A DNA stretch of 64,000 nucleotides from Octopus vulgaris (lineage: Eukaryota), in the NCBI GenBank assembly GCA_951406725.2, contig OX597816.1, forward strand, positions 125,364,001 to 125,428,000. The letters are read 5' to 3'. This document shows positions 11,641 to 24,159 of the stretch, piece after piece (the stretch's first letter is position 1; each line of letters opens with the position of its first letter). A program made the translations under genes and the position numbers. A model generated the notes under the pieces. That model was given only the letters and a program-made list of their open reading frames with translations, was not told the origin of the DNA and ran no database searches.

Positions 11641-13770
11641 CACTGGTCTGCATGATTTTTTTATTGGCTGTATGGTATCTTTTTCTGAATATATATGAAA
11701 AATAATGAGTCATTGTACTTTTTATTCATCTCTATTACATCAGGTTGTCAAGTTATGCGGAGATGTTACTTTTCTCTTTTTGTATAACAAGTAAATGATA
11801 AATAAATTAAAATGCTTACCTTATATTGACTTAAATTTTAAATCAAATATATTATTCTTTATTTTCAGTCTGTGAATATGTGTACAGACTGCATAAATTC
11901 ACCAGATATATTCTGCTATGTCTACGGGCAATTCACACCGTCAGATTCGCAGAGCAATATTCATTCTTTGTTGAAGCGCTGCTATTTAGCTTATTTTGGC
12001 TGCAAACTGGGAGACCAGGACAAACCATTTTCATATCACAAAGCTTGCAAGAGTTGCATCAGTAAGCTTCAAATGTCGTCAGTTGGAAAACTTAAATGTA
12101 TGCCCTTTGGAGTATCAATTTTATGGGGGGAGCAGATGATCCACTATGACTGCTACATTTGTATGACTAAATTAGCTGAATATACCCAAATATTCCACCT
12201 GAGAAACGGGAAATTTCATCAGAGTCTGATATTAGTGATACTAATGAGATGGAAGTAGACTATGAGCCACTAAAAAGTGACGATCCCAAATTCTTCAACC
12301 AAGTTGAGCTCAATGACTTGGTTAGAGACTTTAACCTTCCAAAGGAAAGTGTACAGTTACTTGGCTCTAGACTGCAGGAACACAAGCTTCTAGCTCCCGC
12401 AACAACATTCACTTGGTACCGTCATCGTGAAGCGGAATGCACTCAGTTCTTTGAGAAAGGAGATTCTTTAGTTTGCTGTTAAGATATTTCTGGCCTTATT
12501 GAACACATAGGGATGTCATACAAAGCAGATGAATGTAGGCTCTTCATTGATTCTTCTAACAGAAATTTAAAGGCTGTTCTTCTCTACAATGGTAATAAAG
12601 ATGCATCTGTGCCAATTGGCCATAGTGTCCAAATGCCTGAAACCTACGAAAATATGAAGACAGTAATAATTGCAATCAAGGACCATAATCACAATTTTCT
12701 CATTTGTAGTGATTTAAAAGTTATTGCTCTCCTAGTAGGTCTTCAAGGGGCAGACACTAAGTGTCCCTGTTTTCTGTGTCTTTGGGATAGTAGGGCAGAC
12801 AGCCAGCACTATTAACAAAAGACTGGACACCAAGAACCAGATTCTTACCCGGAAACCTGAAAGCTGTGCCACTAGCCCCCCCCCCCCCCCGCCTAAAAGA
12901 AAATTCTGCTGCCACCACTCCACATCAAATTATGGCTTATGTAAACTTATGTGGAGGCCTTGAACAAGAAGGGAGCTGCTTTCAAGTGCTTGGAGACAAA
13001 GATTCCTCGTATAAGTGAAGGCAAGCTAAAAGCATGAGTCTTTGTAGGCTCTCAGATTTGGGAATTGATGAGGGACAAGCATTTTGAGGAAGCATTAGCA
13101 GGTGTAGAAGTGAATGCCTGGTTTTCCTGCAAAAAGATTGTCCAAAACATCTTGGGAAACAAGATGATCCAAGACCTGATGTCAAGTTTCCAACAACTTG
13201 TGTTTAGAATGAGTGTGAAGATGCATTTTCTGCACTTGCATCTTGACTGACTATTTTCTCAAGAATTGTGTGGGATACAGTGAGGAACAAAATGAGCAGT
13301 TCCATCAAGACATTTGCACCATGGAAACCTGATACCTGGGCAAATGATAGTAGATTACTGCTGGTCATTGAAACGTGATGGTCTCGATGCACAACACAAG
13401 TGGAAATCAAAGCGGTCCTCCTACTTTTGAATCAATGTATAGGCTAGCTATTAGGAGCATATTTTTACATTCATTTGGCTTGATGTTGATCATTCTGATT
13501 AATTTCATGATGAACGTGGTTCATTTCATATTGATTTGGAAAAGATATGTTCTTAAAACTAACAGAATGTGTTTTTCCCTGATTACTTGCTTTTAATAAA
13601 TCAACAATTTATTAAACATTCAAATTTTTTATTATTATTAATTTCTATTTTATTCAACATCGTTATGTGACAGAGCAAAAGTGGTTTAGATATTTAAAAT
13701 CAGCAACTCAAGAATATGTAACATCGCATCTATGAATAGAAATTAAAAAATTCCCAAATGCAGACCAGTG
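11641..13770 (+). mobile_element. Chapaev3-type (CMC superfamily) DNA transposon with complete ends
   Basis: Exact 13-bp TIRs CACTGGTCTGCAT (11641) and ATGCAGACCAGTG (ends 13770). The 3-bp TSD TTA is present on both sides, and a transposase relic lies inside. Confidence 0.85.
11878..13380 (+). pseudogene. Chapaev3 transposase pseudogene (frameshifts and stops)
   Basis: Motifs CINSPDIFCY, AYFGCKLGDQDK, FNQVELNDLVRD, RLFIDSS, ICSDLKV, CPCFLCLWDSR, LLPPLHIKL, MSVKMHFLHLHLD and EQFHQDI are spread across ORFs 11872-13250 and beyond. Confidence 0.85.
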
Positions 13771-15061
13771 TTATTCTATCTCATATTTCTACGATTATCA
13801 AGATTGCTCTGGAAATCTTATATAGAGTATTTAAGAGCCTAGCCTAATAAGATATTTCCTCAAAGTAAATTAGTTCAAAACGGGCTACTTTAGATGATCT
13901 CCAGAAATTATACTTCAAGACATAATACATAAGCATATTGTTATGTATAGAAATATTTTACCCTGTCTAATTTTTGATGGCTATAGTCAAGTTGCATGAA
14001 ATATCTCTAGTAACAGCAAGCTAGAATGAATACCGGGGGTAACTCACGTGGTAACTAAAACACGCATATTATTTGATTAAAGGCAACTAAAATAGCATAG
14101 AAAAAATTCCGAGATTATTTTTATCAGACAGGGGTTTTTTTCCGTTTGTATTGTGACATTTCAGTATTTGTGAACCTATTACTAAAATGAATAGAAGCAG
14201 TGAAACTGAACACATTTTCCTTCAGATATAAATTTATTTTGTGATTATTGAGGTGGTTGTTTTCTATAATCTACTCACTAGCTCTACTAGAGAAGATTCA
14301 ATAGTTCGTTAAGCGAGAAATTCTATCAGCTTTTCTATTTACGAGGATATTGTTATTATTTTAAAGTATTAAATGAAATATAGAATTCCTTATTGACGGT
14401 CAGCATTTAATAGCAAAGTATTTCCGAGGAAAATTTTCGTTACAATAATAAATTGAGGGACCGAGAACTGGTGCTTAATTTTGAACTCTTTCGAGCTAAC
14501 ATTTGATAAAGTTGTTTACATTGATGATGCATTGTTGCATTGAAAATTAGAAACTAAATATAGCTTGCCTCATATACTTCGCAGTAAAGCAATTAAGAAT
14601 AGTCAAACTAACTAGCAAATGGAACAATAAACTAAAGAGAAAATTGACGAGTAATTTCGAGATTTACATTACATCTCTCTCACATGAGGATCAATGAATG
14701 ACTATCCTAAATTTGCACATTTAATTTTATTTTTGGCTTCATTTTAGCAAGTATTCCCATTAAGTTTACATATTTGGCTCTCGATTTTCATGGTCCATTA
14801 AAGTTAATTTCACAGACAAATCATTTTAGTCATTCATTTCCGCAATGTTTACAGTGCTGAAAGTATTAACAATATTGCCAACTATTTTGTATTGCATATC
14901 TTAAAAATCGTTTCTAGTATATACAGGTTTAAGATATTTTCTTTCCTACAGCGAAATTTGTAACAAGCCGAAAAGTTGCTACGTTATCTTTATCTGATTA
15001 ATGCTTAAATGGACATGTTTAAATCACGCTCATGATCATGTTCATAATAATGATAATAATG

Positions 15062-15095
<34 letters not shown>

Positions 15096-15137
15096 CAGCA
15101 ATAATAATAATAATAACAATGATGATGATGATGATAA

Positions 15138-15775
15138 CACAGACTTTAAAATCATTGAAAGGAGGAGAGAGTTATAAGTATGTGGGAGTATTAGAATCTG
15201 ATATAGTATTAACTATAGAAATGAAAACGAAAATTCAGAAGAAATGCATCAGAAGGGTGGGGGAGTTAATGAAGTCAATACTAAATGATCTAGTGAAAGT
15301 TGTAAATACTAGGAAAGTATCATTACTAAGATGCTCTGCTGCTTATGTAGATTGGACAAAAACTGAATAAGCAAAGCTAGACCTAAGAACTGGGAAGGAA
15401 TTCAATAAGGAATAGAGGACTCCAATCAAGGGCAGGAGTAGCAAGATAATACCTACCTAGGACAAAGTGTAAGAAGGCTAATATCAGTAGAAAACTGCGT
15501 GGAGTTAGCTAGAGCAGACATAGGGAAACCAAAACATCAAGCGAATTTAAAATCCACAAGAAAAGAACAGAAACTATCTACCTGGTAGGAGAAGGCGTTG
15601 CATGTTAGATTCTAAAAGTTTGTTTCAGCTAATAGTGGTAGTGCAACGAGGTTATAGATGCAGAAAGAAAAGGTGAACAGAGAGACAGAAAGTTTGTTTG
15701 TAGTTGCACAGGATCAAGCATTAAGGTCTAATTGGATAAAAGCCAAGATAGACAAAAACCAAGTAGATTCCCAAT
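15138..15775 (+). mobile_element. Fragment of Dong-like family B
   Basis: QTLKSLKGGESYKYVGVLES matches QTLKSLKRGESYKYLGVLES of 5617..5880. It is preceded by a (TAA)n array. Confidence 0.8.
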
Positions 15776-17168
15776 GAAGAAGAAGAAGAAGAAGAAGAAG
15801 AAGAAGAAGAAGAAGAAGAAGAAGAAGAAGAAGAAGAAGAAGAAGAAGAGCTATAAAACAAATGAAATCCAAACTAGAACAGTAACGGAACAGGATAAAA
15901 TGATGGCAAGAAAAGCCCCTTCATGGCAAATACTGGACTAAACTAAATGCAAAAGAAATATACAGAGAAAAATCACAGCAATGGTTGAAAAGCACAGGAT
16001 TCACAGCAGAGACAGAAGGATTTTTAATTGCAGTACAAGATCAAAGCCTCCCCACCAGAAATTACCAAAAACATAATGAAAATAAACATAACAAGTAACT
16101 GCAGAATATGTGATGGACAAGAAACAATAAATCATATTATCTCTGGCTACCCAGGAGGAATATATTCACAGACACGACAGAGTTCGAACTTACATACACT
16201 GGAAGGTATGCCAACACTATGGAATAAAATCAGAAAAAAAGATATATAAGCACAGGAGTGGCTGTGTGGTAAGTAGCTTGCTAACCAACCACATGGTTCC
16301 GGGTTCAGTCCCACTCCGTGGCATCTTGGGCAAGTGTCTTCTGCTATAGCCCCGGGCCGACTAATGCCTTGTGAGTGTCTTTGGTAGACGTAAACTGAAA
16401 GAAGCCTGTCGTATATATGTATATATATATAAGTGTGTGTGTATATGTTTGTGTGTCTGTGTTTGTCCCCCTAGCATTGCTTGACAACCGATGCTGGTGT
16501 GTTTACGTCCCCGTCACTTAGCGGTTCGGCAAAAAGAAACCGATAGAATAAGTACTGAGCTTACAAAGAATAAGTCCCGGGGTCGATTTGCTTGACTAAA
16601 GGCGGTGCTCCAGCATGGCCGCAGTCAAATGACTGAAACAAGTAAAAGAGTAAAAGAGAGTAAGCACACACCAGAAAAGGACACAGAAAACGAGAAAGCA
16701 ACCATACTCTGGGATATGCCAATACATACAGATAGAGAAATTTAGGCTAATAGGCCAGATATAATTGTCAGAGATCATGAAGAAAAATGCTTCTTCATTG
16801 ACGTATCAATACCAGCAGATGACAACGTTTCTCTAAAAGAAATGGAGAAACTTTCAAAATACAAATACCTGGAAATAGAGATAACTCGAATGTGAAATCT
16901 AAAAACAGAAACAATTCCGTTCATAGTGGGCACATTAGGTATGATAAAAAAATATTCAGACAAATATATAACAAAAACACCAGTACTTACAAATATATAT
17001 ATAACATACAGAAGGTTGCACTACTAGGCACTGTACACATCCTGCGCAAAACACTTTCAATACAGTAACCGTAAGAGCATCACGACAAACCACAGCACTT
17101 ACCAAAGGCACACAAAGCTGCGCTCGGTAGTGAAGTGAAAGCACATTATAGAACTAAAACTACTGTAT
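15776..17168 (+). mobile_element. 5'-truncated copy of Dong-like family E (same family as 40437-44590), starting at an expanded (GAA)n and interrupted by a SINE
   Basis: Colinear with the reverse complement of 40437-41375; contains CCHC/RLE motifs and the same 3'UTR. Confidence 0.9.
16255..16660 (+). mobile_element. tRNA-derived CORE-type SINE (octopus OR-like)
   Basis: A/B-box-like head (TGGCTGTGTGG; GGTTCAGTCCC), CORE-like CTTGGGCAAGT, internal (TA/TG)n and a (GTAAAAGA)n tail. TSD TAAGCACA at 16247-16254 and 16661-16668. Confidence 0.85.
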
Positions 17169-18444
17169 AATAATGATGATGATAGTTCAGGCTGTCATTG
17201 AAACATTGGATTCAATACCACTCAACCCGAAGAAACATCTGGAATCTTTAGAAAATATCCTCCGATCTTGCAATTATCGACTTTACTTCGATATGCACGC
17301 ATATTACGTAAAGTATTGTCTGGCTGAGATAATTGTTGTCACTTCAGACTGTACAACCCGCCGGTACACACAATGTTTTAAATTTACATCATTATTGTGG
17401 ACACAAGCTGAAAAACAGCCCGGCGGGCGGTTTTCTGGTGGCATATGAGTTGCGCATATTGATATTATATATACATATAGATATGATGCATAAATTATAG
17501 AGTAAACTGATAATATGCTCATGAATTGAACAAAGACTGTTATATTTATTCTGTAATCAGTAAATTAATCCATGGTGCATTTAAAAAAGACGATAATGAA
17601 AATTGGAAAAAAATGAGGGACTCTCAAAGGAAAATGTTCATGAATCTTCACTTGAGTGAATTTGAAAATAGATGCTCTGGTGGGAATTAATGAATTACAT
17701 TTACGAAAATGAAGAGTTGCGTTTTGCTATTTTGTTGTTTCATTATATTCACTTATAGACGTCTTAAGCGTTTCTAGCCTCCCTTTCCTAGCAATTAAAT
17801 CAAAACTCAAATACATTTCAATTAAAAGAAAGTAATGAATGTCTCACGTCACTGTAATATGTTTTTGCAGACACAACTCTCAGCAAATGGACCCTTTTCA
17901 TTTATCTCGTTTAATATTTTGATATTTTCTTTTCTTGACACTCTTGATAATGCAACACACATCTGACAATGTGCGATGAATTGCTTTGGGATATGATATT
18001 ATTAACTAAATAAATTCAAGGCGGTACCCCAGCATGACCGCAGTCTAACAGTATTTGAAAACTTAATTCAATTAGATAGGGATTATTGTTTTTGGACTAC
18101 GTAATACTTTTAAAAATAATTTACTAACTTGTTTTGTTGTTGTTTTCGCTTTATTACATTTTTTTACAAACGCGAAGAAAAGCTATGGAATTCAAACGGA
18201 AGTTGACATTAAAAACAGAAAGCGAATCTTGTAATATTAAGCATTATAATTTATGTTTAATATACAAATAAACTTTATAGTTTAAATTTCTTTTTAACAT
18301 TCATTTATAATTTCTTCAAAGTAATATGAATTTTTTAATAACGTGAGATAAAGAAATAAACTGGACACAGTCCCGCACTTCTTCAATTATTATAATATAG
18401 ATTCTGCAATGTCTTCAATAATAATAATAATAATAATAATAATA

Positions 18445-18765
18445 CGGTGAATAACAGAAGTCCGCAGTGAATAACAAACACAGCAGATGTGTACTAGCGA
18501 GCTCCTCGCGAAGTTGGATTAAATCTTTGCTCCTAAGCAAAGAGGTTATAAGAAATAGCAAAAATATGCAAGAAAATTGGTCCCTAGGGTAAACCAGATC
18601 AGGATACCTAAATATTTCTCTCATATATGAAATATAGGTACTGTCAGGCACGTTGTTGTAGAAAAACAAGCTTGTGATAATATAAAGTGATGCGACTTGC
18701 TATACAGGAATTGAAGCAATACGCGAGAATGCGATGTCGCTACAGAAAAACCTTGTGAGTACAAA
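18445..18765 (+). mobile_element. Very short Dong-like remnant between (TAA)n arrays
   Basis: RLE C-terminus-like remnant (IGPLG..IGTVR) bounded by TAA repeats. Confidence 0.4.
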
Positions 18766-18929
18766 TAATAATCGTATATGCAATCTTATCTCTACACAAC
18801 TACATAAATGTAATGTTTATATAATCCACACTTGCGCCCGTTCATCTCGTACATGAACAAGACAACGTAGAACACACAGTGTTTAAACAAAATAAAAGAG
18901 ACACATAATAATAACAATAAATATAAAAT

Positions 18930-20238
18930 ATAACACGCCTCATTTTAAATAGAGAGAAAGAAACAGATATGCTCGGAAATAAAACTTCGAAAACAAATAA
19001 AGGTTAATTTCTATCTATAAACTTGAGGTGCTTAAGATACGGAAAGGCATACTTAACTGGAGCAGAAATATCTCGGGTTAGTGAGAGTCTGAGAGACCCT
19101 GCAGGTGGGCAACAAAGGATGGTCGGAGTTGAAAGCAGGGAGAAGAATAGACAGGTGAAACAGAGAAATGGTGATAGGGCTGTTAAAGTTGAGAAACAGA
19201 AACGTTATACAATGAACCCTGATACTGTGTTTGGTGGACATGCAAGGGAAATGGACCAACTTAACAATGAATTGCTTGAAATTCGAAGACGACTCATCGA
19301 CTTGATGAATGCTCCAGAAGAAAAACTCCCCATAAATATGAGAAGAGTAGATATGAGTATGATAAATAAAGCAACACAAAAGGTATATACTGTCATACCA
19401 GCATCCAGATAGAGTACATAACGCAAACAAGGAATCTTCTCCGAGTTATTGCGCTACTTGTTGAGGAGAAATTACAATTTAAGAGAACAAAAAAATGGTG
19501 GACCAAAAGAACCATGATGGAAAGGACGCATTGAAAGGGGTATAATGCGGGTATGGCAAGATCTAAGAAAAATTGAGCAATGGTTAAGAGGAACTGGAAA
19601 AGGGGGAAAAAGACACCGAGCAAAATTAGTGAAGAAATATAAAATACGGAAAAACGGGTTTGATGCAGTTAAAACAGAGGACCATGGCAAAAGGTCAGTA
19701 GATCAGAAAATATGACCCACTTGGTAAGTGGATGTAAGACCCTTGCACAAAAAGAACACAAGCGCAGTCACGATAAAGTGATTGTGTATCTTCATTGGCT
19801 CTTATGCCGTAAATACCAATATGAAGTAACAGAGAACTGGTATGAGCATGTAACAAGTAAAGTTATGTAGGAGGATGGAAAAGTAACGATACTCTGGGAC
19901 TATGATTTTCAGACGGATCGTGTAATTGAACACCGTCGGCTGGATATTGTCATATTGAATAAGAGAGAAAATTACTATCAGATCATTTATGTAAGCATAC
20001 CAAATGACATGAATGTTGTGAGTAAAGCGGTTGAAAAAAATCACCAAGTACTCCGAATTGAAAGTGGAAATAGTAAGATTGTATGGAATACGAGAGGGTA
20101 ATGTAAATGAGATACCAGTGGTGATCGGAGCGTTCGGCTCATTGCTATTGAAACTTCAAAACTTTTTAAGGCAACTGGAAATCCCATACAAGATTGATGT
20201 CTTGCAGAAAGTAATCTTATTGGGCACAGCACACATCA
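18930..20238 (+). mobile_element. Internally deleted R4/Dong-like copy (N-terminus joined to RLE, RT missing)
   Basis: N-terminal ORF 19023..19412 and a WKGRIE motif are followed at ~19740 by LAQKEHKRSHDKV, ILWDYDFQTDRVIEHRRLDIV and ORF 20031..20261. Confidence 0.7.
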
Positions 20239-20635
20239 AGCGCGCCGGTCGAAATGCTTAGCGGTATTTCGTCTGCCGCTACGTTCTGAATTCAAATTCT
20301 GCCGAGGTCGACTTTGCCTTTCATAGTTTCGAGGTCGATTAAATAAGTACCAGTTACGCACTGGGGTGGATAAAATCGACTTAATCCCTTTGTCTGTTCT
20401 TGTTTGTCCTCTCTGTGTTTAGCCCATTGTGGATAGTAAAGAAATAGATATTTCGTCTGCCGCTACGATCTGAGTTCAAATTCCGCCGAGGTCGACTTTG
20501 CCTTTCATCCTTTCGGAGTCGATTAAATAAGTACCAGTTACGCATTGGGGTCGATGTAATCGACTTAATCCGTATGTCTGTCTTTGTTTGTCCCCTCTGT
20601 GTGTAGCCCCTTCTGGACAATAAAGAAATAAGAAA
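20239..20635 (+). mobile_element. SINE body in head-to-tail tandem duplicate
   Basis: A ~185-bp unit (TATTTCGTCTGCCGCTACG..GGTCGACTTTGCCTTTCAT..TAAAGAAATA) is present twice. Confidence 0.8.
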
Positions 20636-22010
20636 TGTAAAGCAGATCTCTACTCAGGTAACACAACTTTACGGAGTGTTAATATCAAAAAAGGAATTTT
20701 CCAAGGTGACGCCTTATCCGCTTTAATGTTTAACTTCATTCACTTTAGTATTAAGAAAGGCAGAGACAGAGTATTACTTCAGAAATAGTAAAGAAAAAAT
20801 TAACCATCTGCTTTACATGGATGATCTGAAGTGTTTTATTGAGAATAATAGAGATAGAACTGTAAACCTATCCAGCAAAGATATAGGCAAGGAGTTTTGC
20901 ATAGATAAATGTGCAATGTTAGTCATGAAAAAAAGGACAGGTAGTCAACAGTGAAGGCCTTCCAATTACCATATGGCTAACCCTTAAATTCACTGAAAGA
21001 ACAAAGAATTATCAGTATCCAGAAGTATTAGAATCTGACCGAGTACCAACTATAGAAGCGAAAATGAAAATTGAGAAGGAGTAACACAGAAGAGTGAGGA
21101 AGTTAAGGAAGTCAAAGTTAAATAATCCGAATCTAGTGAAGGCTGTAAATACTTGGGCAGTATCGTTACTTAGATACTCAGTAGCAGTAGCTTTTGTAGG
21201 TTGGACAAAATCTGAATTAGCAAATCTAGATAGATGAACTAGGACGGAATTCAATATGAATGGAGGACTTCCCCTAAGATTATCAGAGATAGCGGAAACA
21301 GGTATAAAACTGTGTTTTATAAAAAACAGCTAGAATACTTAGGAGGGTTCTGTGCATCTAATATTACTTGTTGTAGGACGATGTTAGGAATTTTTCTTTT
21401 CTAACCGAGTAGATATAGCCCTCTATCTAATTAGTAGTGCGGCAATTTTATTAAGAGCTACTTGTGTAACAGTGTGAGATAGGGAAACCAAAATACTAAA
21501 TGTAGTTAAAAAACAGAAAAAAAGAAGCAAAATATACTGACTGTTAAGAGAAGGCTTTGCATGATAAGTTTGCAAAGATAGAGGCAGAATTAGTAATAGT
21601 CTGACAGGGTTGTGTTTGCAGAAAGGAAGGCTGAAAACTGAGACAGAAAGTTTATTAGTAGCAGCACAAAATCAGGCACTGTCGACCAACTGGATGAAAG
21701 CATGTAGATTCTCAATGTCGGTTATCGAAATCAAAGGAGGAATCTGTTACTCATGTAGTTAGTGAATGTATTATGCTAGTACAGAAAGATTACAAGAATA
21801 TACATGTCAATTTAGGTAGAATAATCCACATTGTGTAGAAAGCTAGGATTGACCGTACCTCTAAGTGGTGTGAATAGGAATCTAGTAAAGTTCTAGAACG
21901 TAAGGAGTACAAAATGTTGTAAGATATTAACATTCAAACTGACAGAATGCCTAATTTAGTAGTAGTAGACAAAAATAATAGAAAGTGCCAGGTAATTGAC
22001 TTTACATCCC
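20636..22010 (+). mobile_element. RT-to-RLE fragment of Dong-like family B
   Basis: GIFQGDALSA, INHLLYMDDLK and LKTETESLLVAAQNQAL; matches the reverse complement of ~4700-6060. Confidence 0.85.
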
Positions 22011-22408
22011 AATTATAAATTATAAAATGTGCAGGTAAAATCTATTTCTGTATTGTAACACATATCTCCTTATATTTGACGATGGAAGGCGAATGATGGT
22101 ATGGCACTAAGCGAAGCATGGGATTGTTATAATCGGGTCACTTTAGGCTTGAATAAGCCTGCTCAAATTGTATGCTATCACGAATAAAATATGTCTTCGC
22201 AGTAAAAGAAAATTCAAAACTCCTCATATATTGCAAAAAAGACGTAATTCATAGTAAATTGCCCGTAGCGCGGATAACCAACATCCATGCATCACAAAGA
22301 GAAACCGGGGGAGCAAGTTATATGAAACTGGAGCAATTTCCTACAAGATAACGGATCACGACGGCTTTCTGGACAAGATGTATTTTTTCTGATCCTCCTG
22401 ATCAACCA

Positions 22409-22638
22409 TTACATTGGGGGGTTTTTTCAGAAAATTTTATTCAACAAAAACAATAGCAATATTTAACAAAACAATCTTTAAATGATGGTCTGCCAAGCAC
22501 ATGGAAAGCAGTTATTGAAGTAGATGATGAATATGCTCCGGAATAATCATTTAAAGATGTTTTTGCTACAAGTTGTTATTGTTTTTCTTGAATAAAACTT
22601 GTTGAAAAACCCGCAATAATTATGCACCAACTCAATAT
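22409..22638. mobile_element. Mariner-derived hairpin MITE
   Basis: Imperfect ~80-bp inverted arms (22409-22487 vs 22546-22638) surround a spacer encoding a mariner-like C-terminus (LPSTWKAVIEVDDEYAPE*). Confidence 0.7.
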
Positions 22639-22654
22639 ATTAGCGTTGAATAAA

Positions 22655-23590
22655 GTTAAATAAGTGGAATCTGGTGGAGCACAAAGTCAGGCATATTTTC
22701 TAGTAATTGATGAAAAGGAGACACATATGTAAAAACTCTTATATGGTCTCGAGAAACAGAAAGAAGAATTGTCGTATATTGTGAATGTTGTGAGTAAATA
22801 GGTTGAAAAGTCACCAAGTACTCCGAAGTGAAAGGGGAAATAGTAAGACTGTATGGAATGCGAGAGGATAATGCAAGCAAGCTAGCACGGTGACCTAGAT
22901 ATGAATACAGAATAATTAAACTCAAATGAAAGAGGCGAAAATCCACTTAGTGAAGTAATGAACTCACAAAAAGAGTAACACATTAAAGAGAGTAAGTTAT
23001 CAAGAATCACACTGACATTAGGAATAGGTGAAGCAAATACCAATGAGATAGACAATGACGAAATTCTAGAAGAAAATAATAAAAGACTTTGAAGCATAAA
23101 GCAATGTGAATACGCTTACGTAAGCGGCATGAACATGGATGAAAAAACCCCACCGATAACAAAAATAACAATAAAAACGAAACAAACTGTTGAGTTTGGT
23201 AAACGCTGCAATCAAGTATCTTCTATACACAATAAAACCTAATATGTCTGAACTCAATAAACTGATCAATGTCTCAACTAAAGTAATTTCATCAAAATGC
23301 TTGATCAATAAACATGAGCGCCAGATCTCTGCGTTGCAGGAATCCTAAATGCCAAGAATGATAGGAAAATAAATAGAACTAATGAAGTAAGTGATATCAA
23401 TCTTGGAGGAACTTAACAAGGACAAGAATGTGAAAACGAGACGGCAAGGAAGCTAAAGCAAGATACAGATGAAAAGAGACAAATGAAATACCGCTACTCG
23501 TAAAACAAGTCAAAAAGAAAATACAGGTCAAAGGCCAGCGTGTGAGAAGTTGTCGCAATAGAAATAAATTTTACAGATATACTACAATAA
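22655..23590 (+). mobile_element. Mixed decayed Dong-like fragments (RLE piece followed by an N-terminal piece)
   Basis: 22780-22875 matches 20010-20100; downstream reads an ELNKLINVSTKVIS-type N-terminal region. Confidence 0.55.
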
Positions 23591-24159
23591 ATTTGAAGGA
23601 GATATCTAACCATCTTGCGGGTAGATAGAGTTGGTACAAGAGACCAGCTACTGAGCAATTTGAACAATTCTAGAGTAACAACTGCTGTGACAATCCCGCT
23701 CACTCAATCATCCTCTCTCTCTCTCCCTCTTTATCTCTCCCTCCCACTTTCTCCTCTTTCTCTCCCTCTCTCTCTGTCTTTCTTTTGGTGCGTAGTAAAT
23801 CTTCTTGTCGTAAACGTCAGATGTGAGTTTGGCAAAAGACCATACTGAGCTGCTAGTTAGCGAAACAACCTAAACAGTTGATTTGTTTATACAGATTCAA
23901 ATATGTGTCCTTTACAAAAGCTCACACTATCGATCAAGTACAACTGCAATGTGATTACCTTGATATCTTCAACTAGAAAGCTGGAATTTCAGATACACTA
24001 TTTCTGCATTGCATTGAGTCAGCACACCAAGATTGGTAAAAATTTGAGCAGGCGTTATGAACCCCGCCCCTAGAATCAGTGATGTGTATATATTGAACAA
24101 AACCAACGGAACCAAAATAGTCATCAAAATCAGACCTAGTAGTAATAATATTCGTGTTG

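Noticed and set aside
14527-14545. miR-33-like sequence ATGCATTGTTGCATTG
   Set aside because: Only a partial match with an internal deletion, and no precursor hairpin.
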